A stretch of DNA of 50,463 nt, counting the filler, from Sphacelaria rigidula (taxonomy: Eukaryota), in NCBI GenBank assembly GCA_964200075.2. It is 3 parts of 3 records of this genome, joined end to end, with 100 filler letters (N's around TTAATTAATTAA, not from the genome) between each part and the next. Parts side by side here need not be neighbours in the genome. Positions count along the whole stretch, not along the records: positions 33,710 to 50,463 come from CAXNAA020001263.1; 2 more parts are not named here. The stretch is one strand, 5' to 3'. Numbering within the stretch: position 1 is the stretch's first letter; the number at the start of each line of letters is the position of its first letter. Made by a program: the position numbers and the translations under genes. Positions 34,585-45,500 of the stretch are shown here, one piece after another. The notes under the pieces are model-generated. The model was not told the DNA's origin, ran no database searches, and saw only the letters and a program-made list of their open reading frames with translations.

Positions 34585-35849
34585 AAGCTGCTGGTGCTAC
34601 AGACGAGATATCTCCCGTTGTGCTGTTCAGGGCAAAGTAGTAGGTCGAGTAGATCCCACCGCACCGCCCAAACACCTCAAGGACCTACTTCACCAGGCGG
34701 GGTAAGTAATTGTTGAGTGGGAACATACTCTTGGTTTGAAGCCGTCAAATCGACGCGTTCTTCAGGGGGGTGTACTCATGATCATGCATGCCATAGTTCT
34801 TCAGGGGGGGGGGGGGGGGGGGGGGAAAAGGGAAAAACAAAGAAAGGAAGGGTAAAGGGTAAAATACGAAACATCCCCGTGCTACCGCTGGGGGGTTTTT
34901 CTNNNNNNNNNNTTGGTTGGGCAGGTGGGGAGGGTGCGGTTGGTGTTGTGGGCGGGGGGCATGGGTGGGATGTGGAGGGGGTGTGTGGGGGGGGGGGGGG
35001 GGGCGGGGGGGGACAAGGTCAAGACACAGAAAGCAAGGTTACAGCGTACATCACGCAGCATCCCCGTGCTACTGCTGTGGGGCATGTCTCACGAGGATAT
35101 TGTACAAAAGATAGAATTCCCAATGTGTTGCCCCTTTCGGACAATTTTTAACCAGTATTCCGAAGGCCGATAGACCAACTCCGTCTGCAACCTGGGGACA
35201 AAATACGCTATATTGCAGTATTAACTAGAGAGGAAATTTTTTCGGGTGTATGAAAAATGAGCAATGCCGCCCGCGGGAAGTGGCGTAACTCTCTCAATCG
35301 AATCATTTCGTTCAAGGGGATCTGAAGGTATTGTACGGCAGGTTATATATTCCAGGCCATCTTCTTGCCTCGAAGCTTCATGTGCGATACTGACGTCGTC
35401 GGGTCGAAAAATGCAAACATACAACAGAAGCCCTATTTTCAGATCGGTTCTAGGATACCAACAGATTCTTTTTTTTCGTGACGCTTGTTGGAGCACAAAC
35501 TCGGCGTACGTACTCACCAGCAGTGTATCGGTCGATAACATGCCCTGGTTAGCCTCGGATACGCGATGTGTTGGTCCCCTTATGTGCGATTGAGTGTGTG
35601 GGAGAGTTTTTTTTTTTTTTCCGAGACCCCACATGAGCACGTTTGACTATCCTAAAAATGAGGACTGCGACACCTCTCCCGGAAATCGAAGGCCCTAGTA
35701 CGCCCCTGGGACAATCGCAATGCTTATTCAACCATTGGGGTCGTTTTTGTAACGCCGCCTTTTTTTGCGCCACGGTGATTTCCCCACCCTGCTGCAATGT
35801 GGGTGACTGCTGTTACGCTGCTTTTTGTGCTGGTAAACCGTCGAAGGTA

Positions 35850-36668
35850 CACTTTTCCTGCCTTCCATTGGTATGGTACGAATCGCTGGTACATGTTTCC
35901 CAATTTCCACTCACTCAGCATGAATCGTATGCACACGTTCCCCACCTTTTGTTCATGCGAAGTGAATCAAGCGTACATGCTCCTCCACTTCCATCCATGC
36001 AGCATGAACCATCGGTACATGTTTCCCACCTTCCATTCATACGAGGTGAATCAAGGGTACATGTTTCCAAATTTCCACTCATTCAGCATGAACCATTGGC
36101 ACACGTTCCCCACATTCTGTTCATGCGAAGTGAATCAAGCGTACATGCTCCTCCACTTCCATGCATGCAGCATGAACCATCGGTACATGTTTCCCACCTT
36201 CCACTTATACGAGGTGAATCAAGGGTACATGTTTCCCACCTTCCATCCACGCAGCATGAATCATAGGCACACGTTCCCCACCTTGTTCATGCGAAGTGAA
36301 TCAAGCGTACATGCTCCTCCACTTCCACCCATGCAGCATGCGTCATACGTACATGTTTCCCACCTTCCATTCATACGAGGTGAATCAAGGGTACATGTTT
36401 CCCAATTTTCATTCATGCAGCATGAGTCACATCGTACCTGTTCCCCGCCTTCTCCTGATACGAGGTGAATCAAGGGTACATGCTTCCCAATTTTCATTCA
36501 TGCAGCATGCATCATACGTACATGTTTCCCACCTTCCATTCATACGAGGTGAACCAAGGGTACATGTTTCCTACTTTTCATTCATGCAGCGTGAATCATA
36601 CGTACATCTTCCCCTTCTTCTGTTTATATGACATTAATCATGAGAACATGTTCCTCACCTGGCATTTC
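35850..36668. repeat. Minisatellite with a 42-bp monomer and 84-bp/168-bp higher-order structure, about 19 units
   Basis: Units such as catgtttcccaccttccattcatacgaggtgaatcaagggta alternate with ...cagcatgaa... types. An A-B-C-D tetramer is repeated three times from 35892. Confidence 0.95.
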
Positions 36669-37374
36669 GTGGGGCGCGACTCTTTGGTGGTGCAGTCTTT
36701 TGGCAGGTGGGGTGGGCAAATAACAGCGTACAAGTCGCGAACTCTTGAAGGGTCAAATTCGCCATAAATCAATTTTGAATTTTGAACTCACACGCAACAC
36801 ATCCCCTATTGCACAACACACGGGTCTGCGTGCCCAGAACGGTTCTTCGCACCATGTTGTTTCCCGAGCTATGCTAGTGACGGCCTTTGTGGTTTCATGT
36901 TGTGTTAAATGGTACAGTGGACTTGAAAATACTGGATGTACTACCACCGAGACTTGCGAAAAACGCAGTACCAGCATGAGTCGTCCTCGCATTCTCACGG
37001 GAGGTTTCGGGAAATCTATGGCAGCGTACACTGCAGTCTGCGGACAGTTCGGTACAGCATAGCACAGCACGCATCTGCGCGACTAGAGTGATTCTCCTCG
37101 CTCGTTGTCTTACCGAGCTAAGCTATTGACGGTATTTCTGCTTTTTATGTTCTGTTCTGCGGTACAGGTTTCCTGAGGGTATAAAACAGTGCAACGACAG
37201 CTTCAAATAACACCAGTACTACACGAGTCGTCTCCGCATGTTTGCGTGAGTATTGGAAACACGCCGGCAGCGCCCGCTGCAGTCAGCGGACAGTACAGTT
37301 TAATGCAGCACAGCACAGCATGGTATAACTGTAAAATCTGTTCAGCGGACAAAAGACAACAGTATAGTATATGT

Positions 37375-37535
37375 AGGATGAATCACACGAGTCACGTGAT
37401 TCATGCACATGCTTCCCACCCTGCGCTGGTGATCATGAATCATGAGTATAGGGCTCTCACCCTCCATTCATACGAGGTGAATCAAGCGTACGTTTTCCCC
37501 ACCCTCGATTCACACGAGATGAATCAAGCGTATAA
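37375..37535. repeat. Detached degenerate copies (about 3-4 units) of the 42-bp monomer
   Basis: ctccattcatacgaggtgaatcaagcgta and cacgagatgaatcaagcgta. Confidence 0.8.
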
Positions 37536-37549
37536 ACTCTGATTCGTCC

Positions 37550-39300
37550 GATCCGTGGAAGCATCAGTGGTCGCGGTCCTCGCCGTAGGGAGGATTGATG
37601 CACCCCTCTTGTGAATTCCCTCGTCTGTCTTCTCGTCGATCTTGGTCACTGCGCCACCGTCGGCGCACACACGGCCATTCGGCTGCTGTTTTAAAATCCT
37701 CTATCGCGATTTTCATCCTCTGGAGGGAATAATGGCCCTCCGGACTGCTCCGGAGAAAGAAATACCATCTGGTGGCTCAAGTGTCGTCCAGAGGTTTGAT
37801 GTGCGAACTTCAGAGGTGAATTGACACCCTGGAGAGCGGCGTTTCCTCAAATTTCCCCAGGGGGCACCCTCAGTAAGACTGTGCTCAAGGGAATCATGCG
37901 CCCTCTGGCGTCTTCGTGTACTGTCCACTTCAGAGGCATCATGAACCAGCAGATGATATTTCATCCAAAAGGAGGGCCAGTCGTCCCTCCAGAGGATGAA
38001 AACCACGGTAGAAATTTTCCAAGCCGGAGCCAAATGGCCGCCTGTGCGTTGTTCGGTAGCGTCAGTGGTAACGGTCCTTGTGTCGGTGAGCGTAGACGCG
38101 TCCCAGTTGTGAAATCCCTTTCCCATCCTCCCGTTGAATCCGGTCACTCTGCCTCCCCCGACGTTACTGGAAGCGTCAGTGGTCGTGGCCCTCGCAGTGG
38201 GGCGGGCTGACGTCGACGCGTCCCGCATGCGAATGTCGGATCGGCTCGAGCTGGCCTCGGTGTTGGTCGCGGCTTCGCTTTTCGTGGCCGTGGGAGTAGT
38301 ACTCGTGCAGCGCAGCGAGCGCGTGTCGTTGAGCCCGAAGATATTGCTTATCGCCTCCTGCGCTACGATGATGCGATATTTACGATCCTGGTTCCGGCTT
38401 TAGCGCAGAGTTTGTATTGTATCGCGAAGCCGTTCCCAATGAAGGACTCGAGCGGTGGCGGCTGTACGTTTCATCTGACAGTGCGGGTGGATTTGTCTCA
38501 GCAGTTTGTGTTGAACCGCTTGACCGTCACGGTGGATCGTATTGGCTTTGTTCTCACTTTTCAAACGAACGAGTGTTGCGATTCAACAGGTGGACTCACC
38601 CTGTCTGTCCAAGGGTAGGGTAGAGATATCGTCGACTTCGTGAGGGGTATTTGGATGTGTATTTGGATGTACACAGTGCTGCGTAAATGACATTGAAGCT
38701 ACTTGATGAGCGTAGCAATTTCGCCCCCAGATCGCTCGTGCTGGCGAAGCCAAGCTCTGTAAACCTCGTGCTCCCTGGGGTGTGTTCCTTGGGCACAAGT
38801 TCAGCGTCACGGCGTTCGTGTATTTGCTTGATATTGATGAACGCGTAGATCAGCCATCGTTCGTGGTCGAAGGTCAGCACAAAACTGTACAGTGTTCGGT
38901 ACCGCTGTACAGCGGTTGAGTGCTCTTCAAAAGCGCCACAGCATTCACAGGGTTGTCCAGGTTGCGACGTGCCGTTCACCTCACGGTTTGAGCCGAATCG
39001 CGCTCGAAGTTTGTGCAACATACCGCTTGTCCTTTGTAGATGATGTATATTCCTTCCGGACCTTTGAAGCAAACTTTTGATAACTTATCGAATTGCAGTC
39101 CGACGTTTTGTTGGTGATGCTCATGTAAGTCCGCCACACTAGTTGCAATAGAGCGCTGATGACTCCAAGATTCCCGACGTCGTATCCATGTCCGCCACAC
39201 TTTTTGCTGGTCTGCACGGGGGCAAGCAGCAATGCGGTGACTACCTCAGCCCTCCCTTGTCTCTATGACCTCGTGCTGCTTCATGACGTCGATGAAAGCT
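37550..39300 (-). pseudogene. Decayed coding-like tract, possibly an LTR-retrotransposon gag remnant
   Basis: Intronless coding-like composition broken by frameshifts. Fragments HKLRARFG and LYSFVLTFDHERWLIYAFINI loosely recall copia gag helices. No pol motifs or LTRs seen. Confidence 0.25.
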
Positions 39301-39463
39301 TCCCGTAAAACTAGGTTACGTATATATATATATATATATATATTTAGATGTTCTCATAACCGGTTGTGCTCCCTGGGTGCTGCAAATTGCCGTATTTACG
39401 TGGGAGTACACGTGCAGAGTTCATCCACAAAACCCCAGATGTTCGTGATCGTCAATTCAAGTA

Positions 39464-40708
39464 CAGTGGGGGTCACGATTTAAGAGAAGGGTGTGCCAGA
39501 TCAAGAAAACCTCTGTTAAACCCGACCTTCTACTAAATCGGTTCAAGAGGGGTATTCTCTCAAACCGATTGATCGGTTTAAGAGAATACCTCTCTTAAAC
39601 CGAATATGTGGGTTATTGATAGCCTTCGAACGGCAGTTCGAGCCGTGGTGCCGAATGTGTGTGAGTGTGTGTTGTCGTCCCATCTATTCTGGACGCCGGT
39701 TCACACCTTTCGGTATATATGAGCGCATCAGCCGGGGTCATACAGGAGGAAGGTCAACACAAAGTGTTGAAAGAGGGCATTTCATATCGTTGACACAATG
39801 TTTTTGTGCGCTACGGGACCCACATCCAGCGCGATGCTCCCTTGTTTTTGTGAAAAACAACCCGATATATTCCGCGGTATCGTAGTTATCGCCGCATCAG
39901 CTGAACAGAGCGTCCAACGCAACACATGCGCGCCACACACACGTCACATCTCGAAAGAAAAAACAAGAATCAGGAAGGCAAAAAGACAGAACATCGCACA
40001 TAATATATTGAACTCTGTACTGCCGTACAAGTGGTGCTCTCACCACCAGTGAAACTCAAGTACCTACACCCGTTCTACCCAGCAACAGGCATGTGACATG
40101 CGCTCATCGGCAGCTTCTGCAACGCTACATGAAGTCCGCCATGCAAGTTTGTTTTGTTTTCCTTGACCCAAACTCGTTCATATAGGCCAACTTTGCCTTA
40201 CCAACATGGTACGACACCTCCACCATGTTCCACCTCTCTGCTACTCTCTTGAGGTCCCCAAACTGCGTAGATACGTCAGTGTACCGTGGTGGACGAGGAG
40301 AGACTTCGGGCTGCGCGCAGTGGCTATTGTTTCCACCCGAAGAGTCGGCGTCGTCATCAGAGTCTATGTTCAGTTGGGCAAGCGACACCTCACAAAGATC
40401 GTCCTTTAGATCGGCAACTACCGCTCCTGCCACCTCTTTCTCCTCCTCTACGCCAAACTATGTCTCGACTGTGTGTTACGATTTCTGGACGTACTGAGAT
40501 GTTTTTCGAACTACAGTACTGTACAGTCAAAGAGCGGGGGGGGTGGTGGTGTATCCGGTTTAAGAGAAAACAGAGTTCGGTTTAAGAGAGGGGTTCGGTT
40601 CAAGATAACCAGGGTTCGGTTCAAGAGAGTGGTGTGCCAAGCCTTTTTAACCTCTCTTGAACCGGCAATTCTCTTAAACTGAGCTCTCTTAAACCGTGAC
40701 CCCCACTG
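39464..40708 (-). mobile_element. 1.25-kb internally deleted Tc1/mariner-superfamily (pogo/Tigger-like) DNA transposon
   Basis: 24-bp TIR cagtgggggtcacg(a/g)tttaagaga with TA at both flanks. Multiple subterminal ggtt(t/c)aagaga motifs. Residual ORF 40433-40125 ends ...KTKQTCMADFM*. Confidence 0.88.
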
Positions 40709-41197
40709 TAGGTTTATGTTGCAAAAGTGCATGGAAGAAAGAAAGAGGAAGCCTAAGACGAAATGCTGTACCACTCACCATGACGCATACACAGCACACA
40801 CAATACACACGTATTGAATCGGAATAACACAGAAGCTGTACCTCACGGCGCCCTCGCAAAGCCGGGGGTATGGGGCGATCAGACAAGTAGCAACAAGTAT
40901 GCGAAGATATGTCTGGTATAGCCAGCCGGCACAAACACACCAACCAGCAACTAGAGGTTCGTTCTGTGAACCGTTATTTGCCCATCTACATCACCGCTGG
41001 GACTTGTCTTGTTTGTGTACGCTCACAACCTGTCGTGCCCTCCCGTCCGTCCCGGAATTTTGCCTCCGCGTTCCCCGTACCAATTCCGTATCCACTTCAT
41101 GAAACAGTACGAGGGAAACAGGGGTGGCTCAGACAGTCCTTGCTCGCGCCAAAAGGTCGGTGAGAAAAACGACTGTCGAAGGTTTTCGTTGATACAG

Positions 41198-41394
41198 CTG
41201 GAAGCGGTGGTGTCTCACCTGTCCTGCGGTTGGAAGATATGAGTCGTTGCACGGGCGTTGCGAGTGGTAGTGCGACAGAAGATGCTGGGTTACCGTCGCG
41301 GCTGTGTGGGGGCGGGATTGTTGTCGCGGTGGAGCCGGTGCAGCGATGCAGCGGTGTGAACGGACGAGGTGTCGACGTGATGGTAGCCGCCCAG
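41198..41394 (+). CDS. Candidate upstream exon of the scaffold-3 orphan gene
   Basis: tacag|...cccag|gtgagg with one open frame (GSGGVSPVLRLEDMSR...DVMVAAQ). It ends in phase 0, so another exon would be needed to join 42589. Confidence 0.4.
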
Positions 41395-41777
41395 GTGAGG
41401 GTTGACGGTGGCACACAGCTCGTGGTTGCACGCGATGAAAAATACGTGCGTGCTATGGTCGTGTCGGTTAACCCTTTTGGAACTCACTGACGATTTTTGT
41501 GTTTGTGAATCGGCATCATTTAAAGTCATTTTTCAAGTCAAAATGGTGCCGATTCCCGAAAATAAAAATCGTCGATGCGTTTCCGAAGGGTTGAAGACAA
41601 TGCTGTCCTCGAAGAACACGTAGCAGTAAATGCCACAAGGTAGTAGTGGGGTTGCTCGTTTCTTGAGAATGACGTCTACGCAGTAGTACAGTATTACCGA
41701 GATATTGCTTGTGAGTGTCGCTGGGTCTCTCAGCGGATCCGCTTGAGTGCGACAATCAGTCAATCAAGTAATTCTTG

Positions 41778-42021
41778 CAAGGGTCGGACAAATAATGATT
41801 CGTCTGGAAATTACTTGGTTTTAGTATACTTGATTCGAATCGTANNNNNNNNNTTTCAGCGTTGCAACCCAGTACACGCAGCCCAGACACGTGAAATGGC
41901 GCAAAAGTTGCGTGGATACCCCTTGGACCAGTGGTCAACTTTTTTCTCCCCTTTAGGCAATCAGACCGGAGAAATCGGTAGTCGTGGTGATTCGTGGTCG
42001 TGATGATTCGTCCTAACCGTC
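41778..42021. mobile_element. MITE with 8-bp TSD, copy 2 (inverted relative to 5602-5860; contains a small N gap)
   Basis: Begins caagggtcggac and ends gtcctaaccgtc. Flanks aattcttg / aattcttt. Confidence 0.85.
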
Positions 42022-42588
42022 AATTCTTTCTAGAAGTACTGGTCTACCGTCGTTGAGACTCTCGTATTTTTTCGAAACGAATGAAGAAGATGAGTCTCAT
42101 GCCATTTACGTGAATCTGAACCCGTGTGTGTTGGGTCTCCTGTCTGTCTCCCGTCGTGTGCTTCGAGCGTGATGGTCTTGTAACATCGACCCAAATGGTT
42201 CGGAGGGTCCGTGGCAGGAGTGTAAAGACACCTGTCACACACGAAGCAGTCCGATGGATAATACCTACGGGCCGTTGGAACGCGGCTTCGAGTAAAATGG
42301 GCAAAATGTGCTCTGGTATGGGAACCGGGAAACGTGGATCTATTTGGTGTACGCTTACCTCCAGTCCAGAAATGCAAGAGCAGACTTCCGAACGCTGGCT
42401 GTGTGCATGCGCGCGTGCGTGATGTGCGCGCATGAAGCGATGTCTTAACATGCACACGCACAAAAAACGGTTCGTGAGTGTACGTACACCTTGGTCGGGG
42501 AAACATTATTGCGTTGATTCCGGGACACACTCCACTGCCGTGATTGGTTTCGTGCTAACTTCCACGACACATCGCGTCGGCACCTCAG

Positions 42589-45500
42589 CAGTTGCGTAGA
42601 TCACCTAGAGATTCGTGTAGATGCCGTCTCAAGGAAGCAGGCAGGTGCTTGCCATGGCTGTTCGTCGAAGGGGGCTGGTGCTTTGTTTGATGTAGTGCTG
42701 AGATACTTCATGCGGCGCAGTTGGCGTGGAGAGCCATGTGCGATTACTGCTCGTGTCCATCGGCAAGAGGCAAAGCGGTGCGTAGTGCGAGGTTGTAGGC
42801 TTTATTGCGCGTGAACGCCAACTGTTCATTTACGCGTGGATCCTCTAGCTGTCGAGAGGATTAAAACCATGCAAGGCATGTTGAGGAGCTTCACAACCAA
42901 TGTCCTTGCCCTCATTAGGCTATTTATTCACGAAGTTTTCTCCTCGGCTAACCCCGCAGCCCGTTCTTGACTTTTTTGCCGAGCAGTACTGCAGTAAGGA
43001 CAAACGCGCCAGCATTGCTGCTTCTGGAATCGAGGATGAGCGTGCACAACCCCTTGAAGATGGTAACCGGTGAGTAGTAAGTAGGCCTTGGCATTTTGTC
43101 CTTTTTTTTTCATTTCGACTCGTCTCCTTCGATCGGACAAGTTCATTATCTTGCGGGATCGACCCATCTCTCCCTGGATCATGGCTGGCATTCCGTTATC
43201 GCGGATTGGATCAGCACTCCCGCATCAAGGCGGCTGGCGTCAAATATCCGTCGCTACTCAATCTCTCACGTTTTCAAGGATGGAAGTCAGATTTTTCAGA
43301 GAAGACGTGCAAACCTGCACAAGTGATGGAAAATCACTTCGAGTGTGAGGGACGAGTTGATTGTCACCTTTGATGAAGTGACGCCACACCCGTTGAGCCC
43401 ATGTCAATTAGAAGCTCTTTTGTCATGAGCTTTTCAACGAGCACCTTTCATCTGCCATAGGCTTATACCAGCTAAATCCAGAAAAATAGGCCCAGCAATT
43501 ATTCATTAGAGGTTCGAGAGTTGGGACCTGAAGTTTTGAGGAGAGGAGCACATCGACCATTCGAAGCATGTCATGACGGATGCATTCACATATATACACT
43601 TGTGGAGATGAAAGCGGGTCTTTTTTTTCGGAACTGCACTTTAGTAGACCTAGCTCTGAAAAATGGAAGCACGCTCAATGATGACCGTGAAAAAAGGTAG
43701 ATATGGTTCCTCTCCTCGAAGTTTCAGGTCCTAGTTCTCGAACGTCGAGTGTACAATCGAAGATATATAGATTCCCAACGGTGTAGAAATATCGTACAAT
43801 ATTTTGGATATATTCCCCCAATGTCCTTTTGGCGATAAGTTTCGAACGGCGACGAGTTAGGAGACGAAACATGTATTGTTGTTCTCACCTTCATATCAAC
43901 CACACGCCTACCGAGGTTCAGCTTAATCGAGCACGGATTCGGACATCCTTTTTTCTCTTCGTACCAAATCGCGAGCAACGGGTACCGCCACCAGGCCGAA
44001 TTCGATATCCCAGGATATTTTTAAATCATGTAAGTATCTGTATGACCAACCAGAGCACGCAGCACACTCCGGAGTGCTCAAGGAAGGCAGGGATTTTGCT
44101 GCTCGTGATACTGGTTTGCCCGTGTTCGTGCTCTGTGCCCCGGAGAAAATTTGTTTGGGTCAAGTAGTGGGGCTAGCCTGTACTTTTGAGGGAAAGGCAC
44201 CACAACACGTGAAAACTTCTCTCGGAACAAAAAAATGTGATACGCTTCTTTTTTTTTAAATCAACGACGAAGTAGTAGATGAAAGGGCATTGACAAGGGG
44301 CATGCAAGTGAACCTTTTTGGTAGAATACCTGGTTCATGCTGTATAGTAGGACGCACCTCACACGGTCGACAAAACCAACGGAAGTGCAGTGTCGGTTCT
44401 GCTGGTCACCATCCATTTTTGCTGCAGAATCGGCATAACGCGAGTGTAATAATCGTGGTCTAGGACGTATGGGAAGCATATACCACACCTTGCGTGTGAT
44501 AGGTAACCGCATGAGGGTCTCTACGCTGTCTCACTCCGTGACACGGTGAAAAGTCAATGGCCTGAGATGCCTCAGTAAAAAACCGAGAATGACGAAATGG
44601 TGGTGTTTTTTATGGCATCTGTAGCGTAGACATTTTGGGGGGATGGAAATAACTTATGTTTCTATTTATTTTTCAGACGAACCCACGTTATAATCCGTAA
44701 AGATATTTCTACGGAGGTGACATCCCTCCTCATATTTAGTGTAGGTTTGCTGGAAGTACGATGCGGTAAACCTGAGGCAGAGGCCTGATAGCCGTGGACA
44801 GCCTTGCGGAAGTGCGGCACTCCAACCACCACAACGAAATACGTATGAGACTTGTGTCAACTGGGCACGGTGCGGCAACCATGAGCATCGTTCTTGCTAG
44901 CCCGCTATGTAACGTGAGGCTTGACATGAGATAAGCCAGGACCTCGACCTGAATATTTGACCCTGTGGCACGTGACATAACACTTGAGCGAATTCCATCG
45001 CCCTCCCCCCCCTCTCTCCCTTTCCGTCTCTCGCCGATTTACTTATCCCATCCTTATTCCGTTGTACATCAATAAAACTGTGGGCGTGCGGTGGCAGTGA
45101 ACGTAAGTGGCGAGCGTCGGTCAAAAGCTCTGATCAATGCGAGCAAAATGGTGGTCTCGGTGATCCGTCAGTACTTTGCGGGTCGCGAAAAACAGAAAAG
45201 GTCGTCGTAGCGGCCAACGGAAGAGGAGACGCGGCATCCAACCATGAAGATGTGCGGGTGAAAGAATCGACGGTGACGGGTGTACACACCGACAAGACGA
45301 AAAAAGGCCGTGGGCTTGGAAAGGATGCGATGCCTGGTGACCCCGGGAGAATATTGGGTCCCTTATCATCAGTTGAGGGCAATACGATCCCTCCCACAGA
45401 GTCGAGGAGGACGAAACGTGATCCAGGTGACCCCATGCTCGTCGTGAGCGCCGTCAAAAGTCATGAACGGGAACCTGAAGGTGTGTACACATCAGCGCAG

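Noticed and set aside
35221..35640. 139-aa minus-strand ORF
   Set aside because: No recognisable homology and no consistent exon chain.
35850..36668. 42-bp array as a CRISPR-like locus
   Set aside because: The variable segments are homologous to each other and recur periodically. There are no unique spacers and no cas genes, and the context is eukaryotic.
37169..37245. Exon-like segment with good acceptor and donor
   Set aside because: Stops in all three frames, and it could not be linked in phase to the downstream gene.
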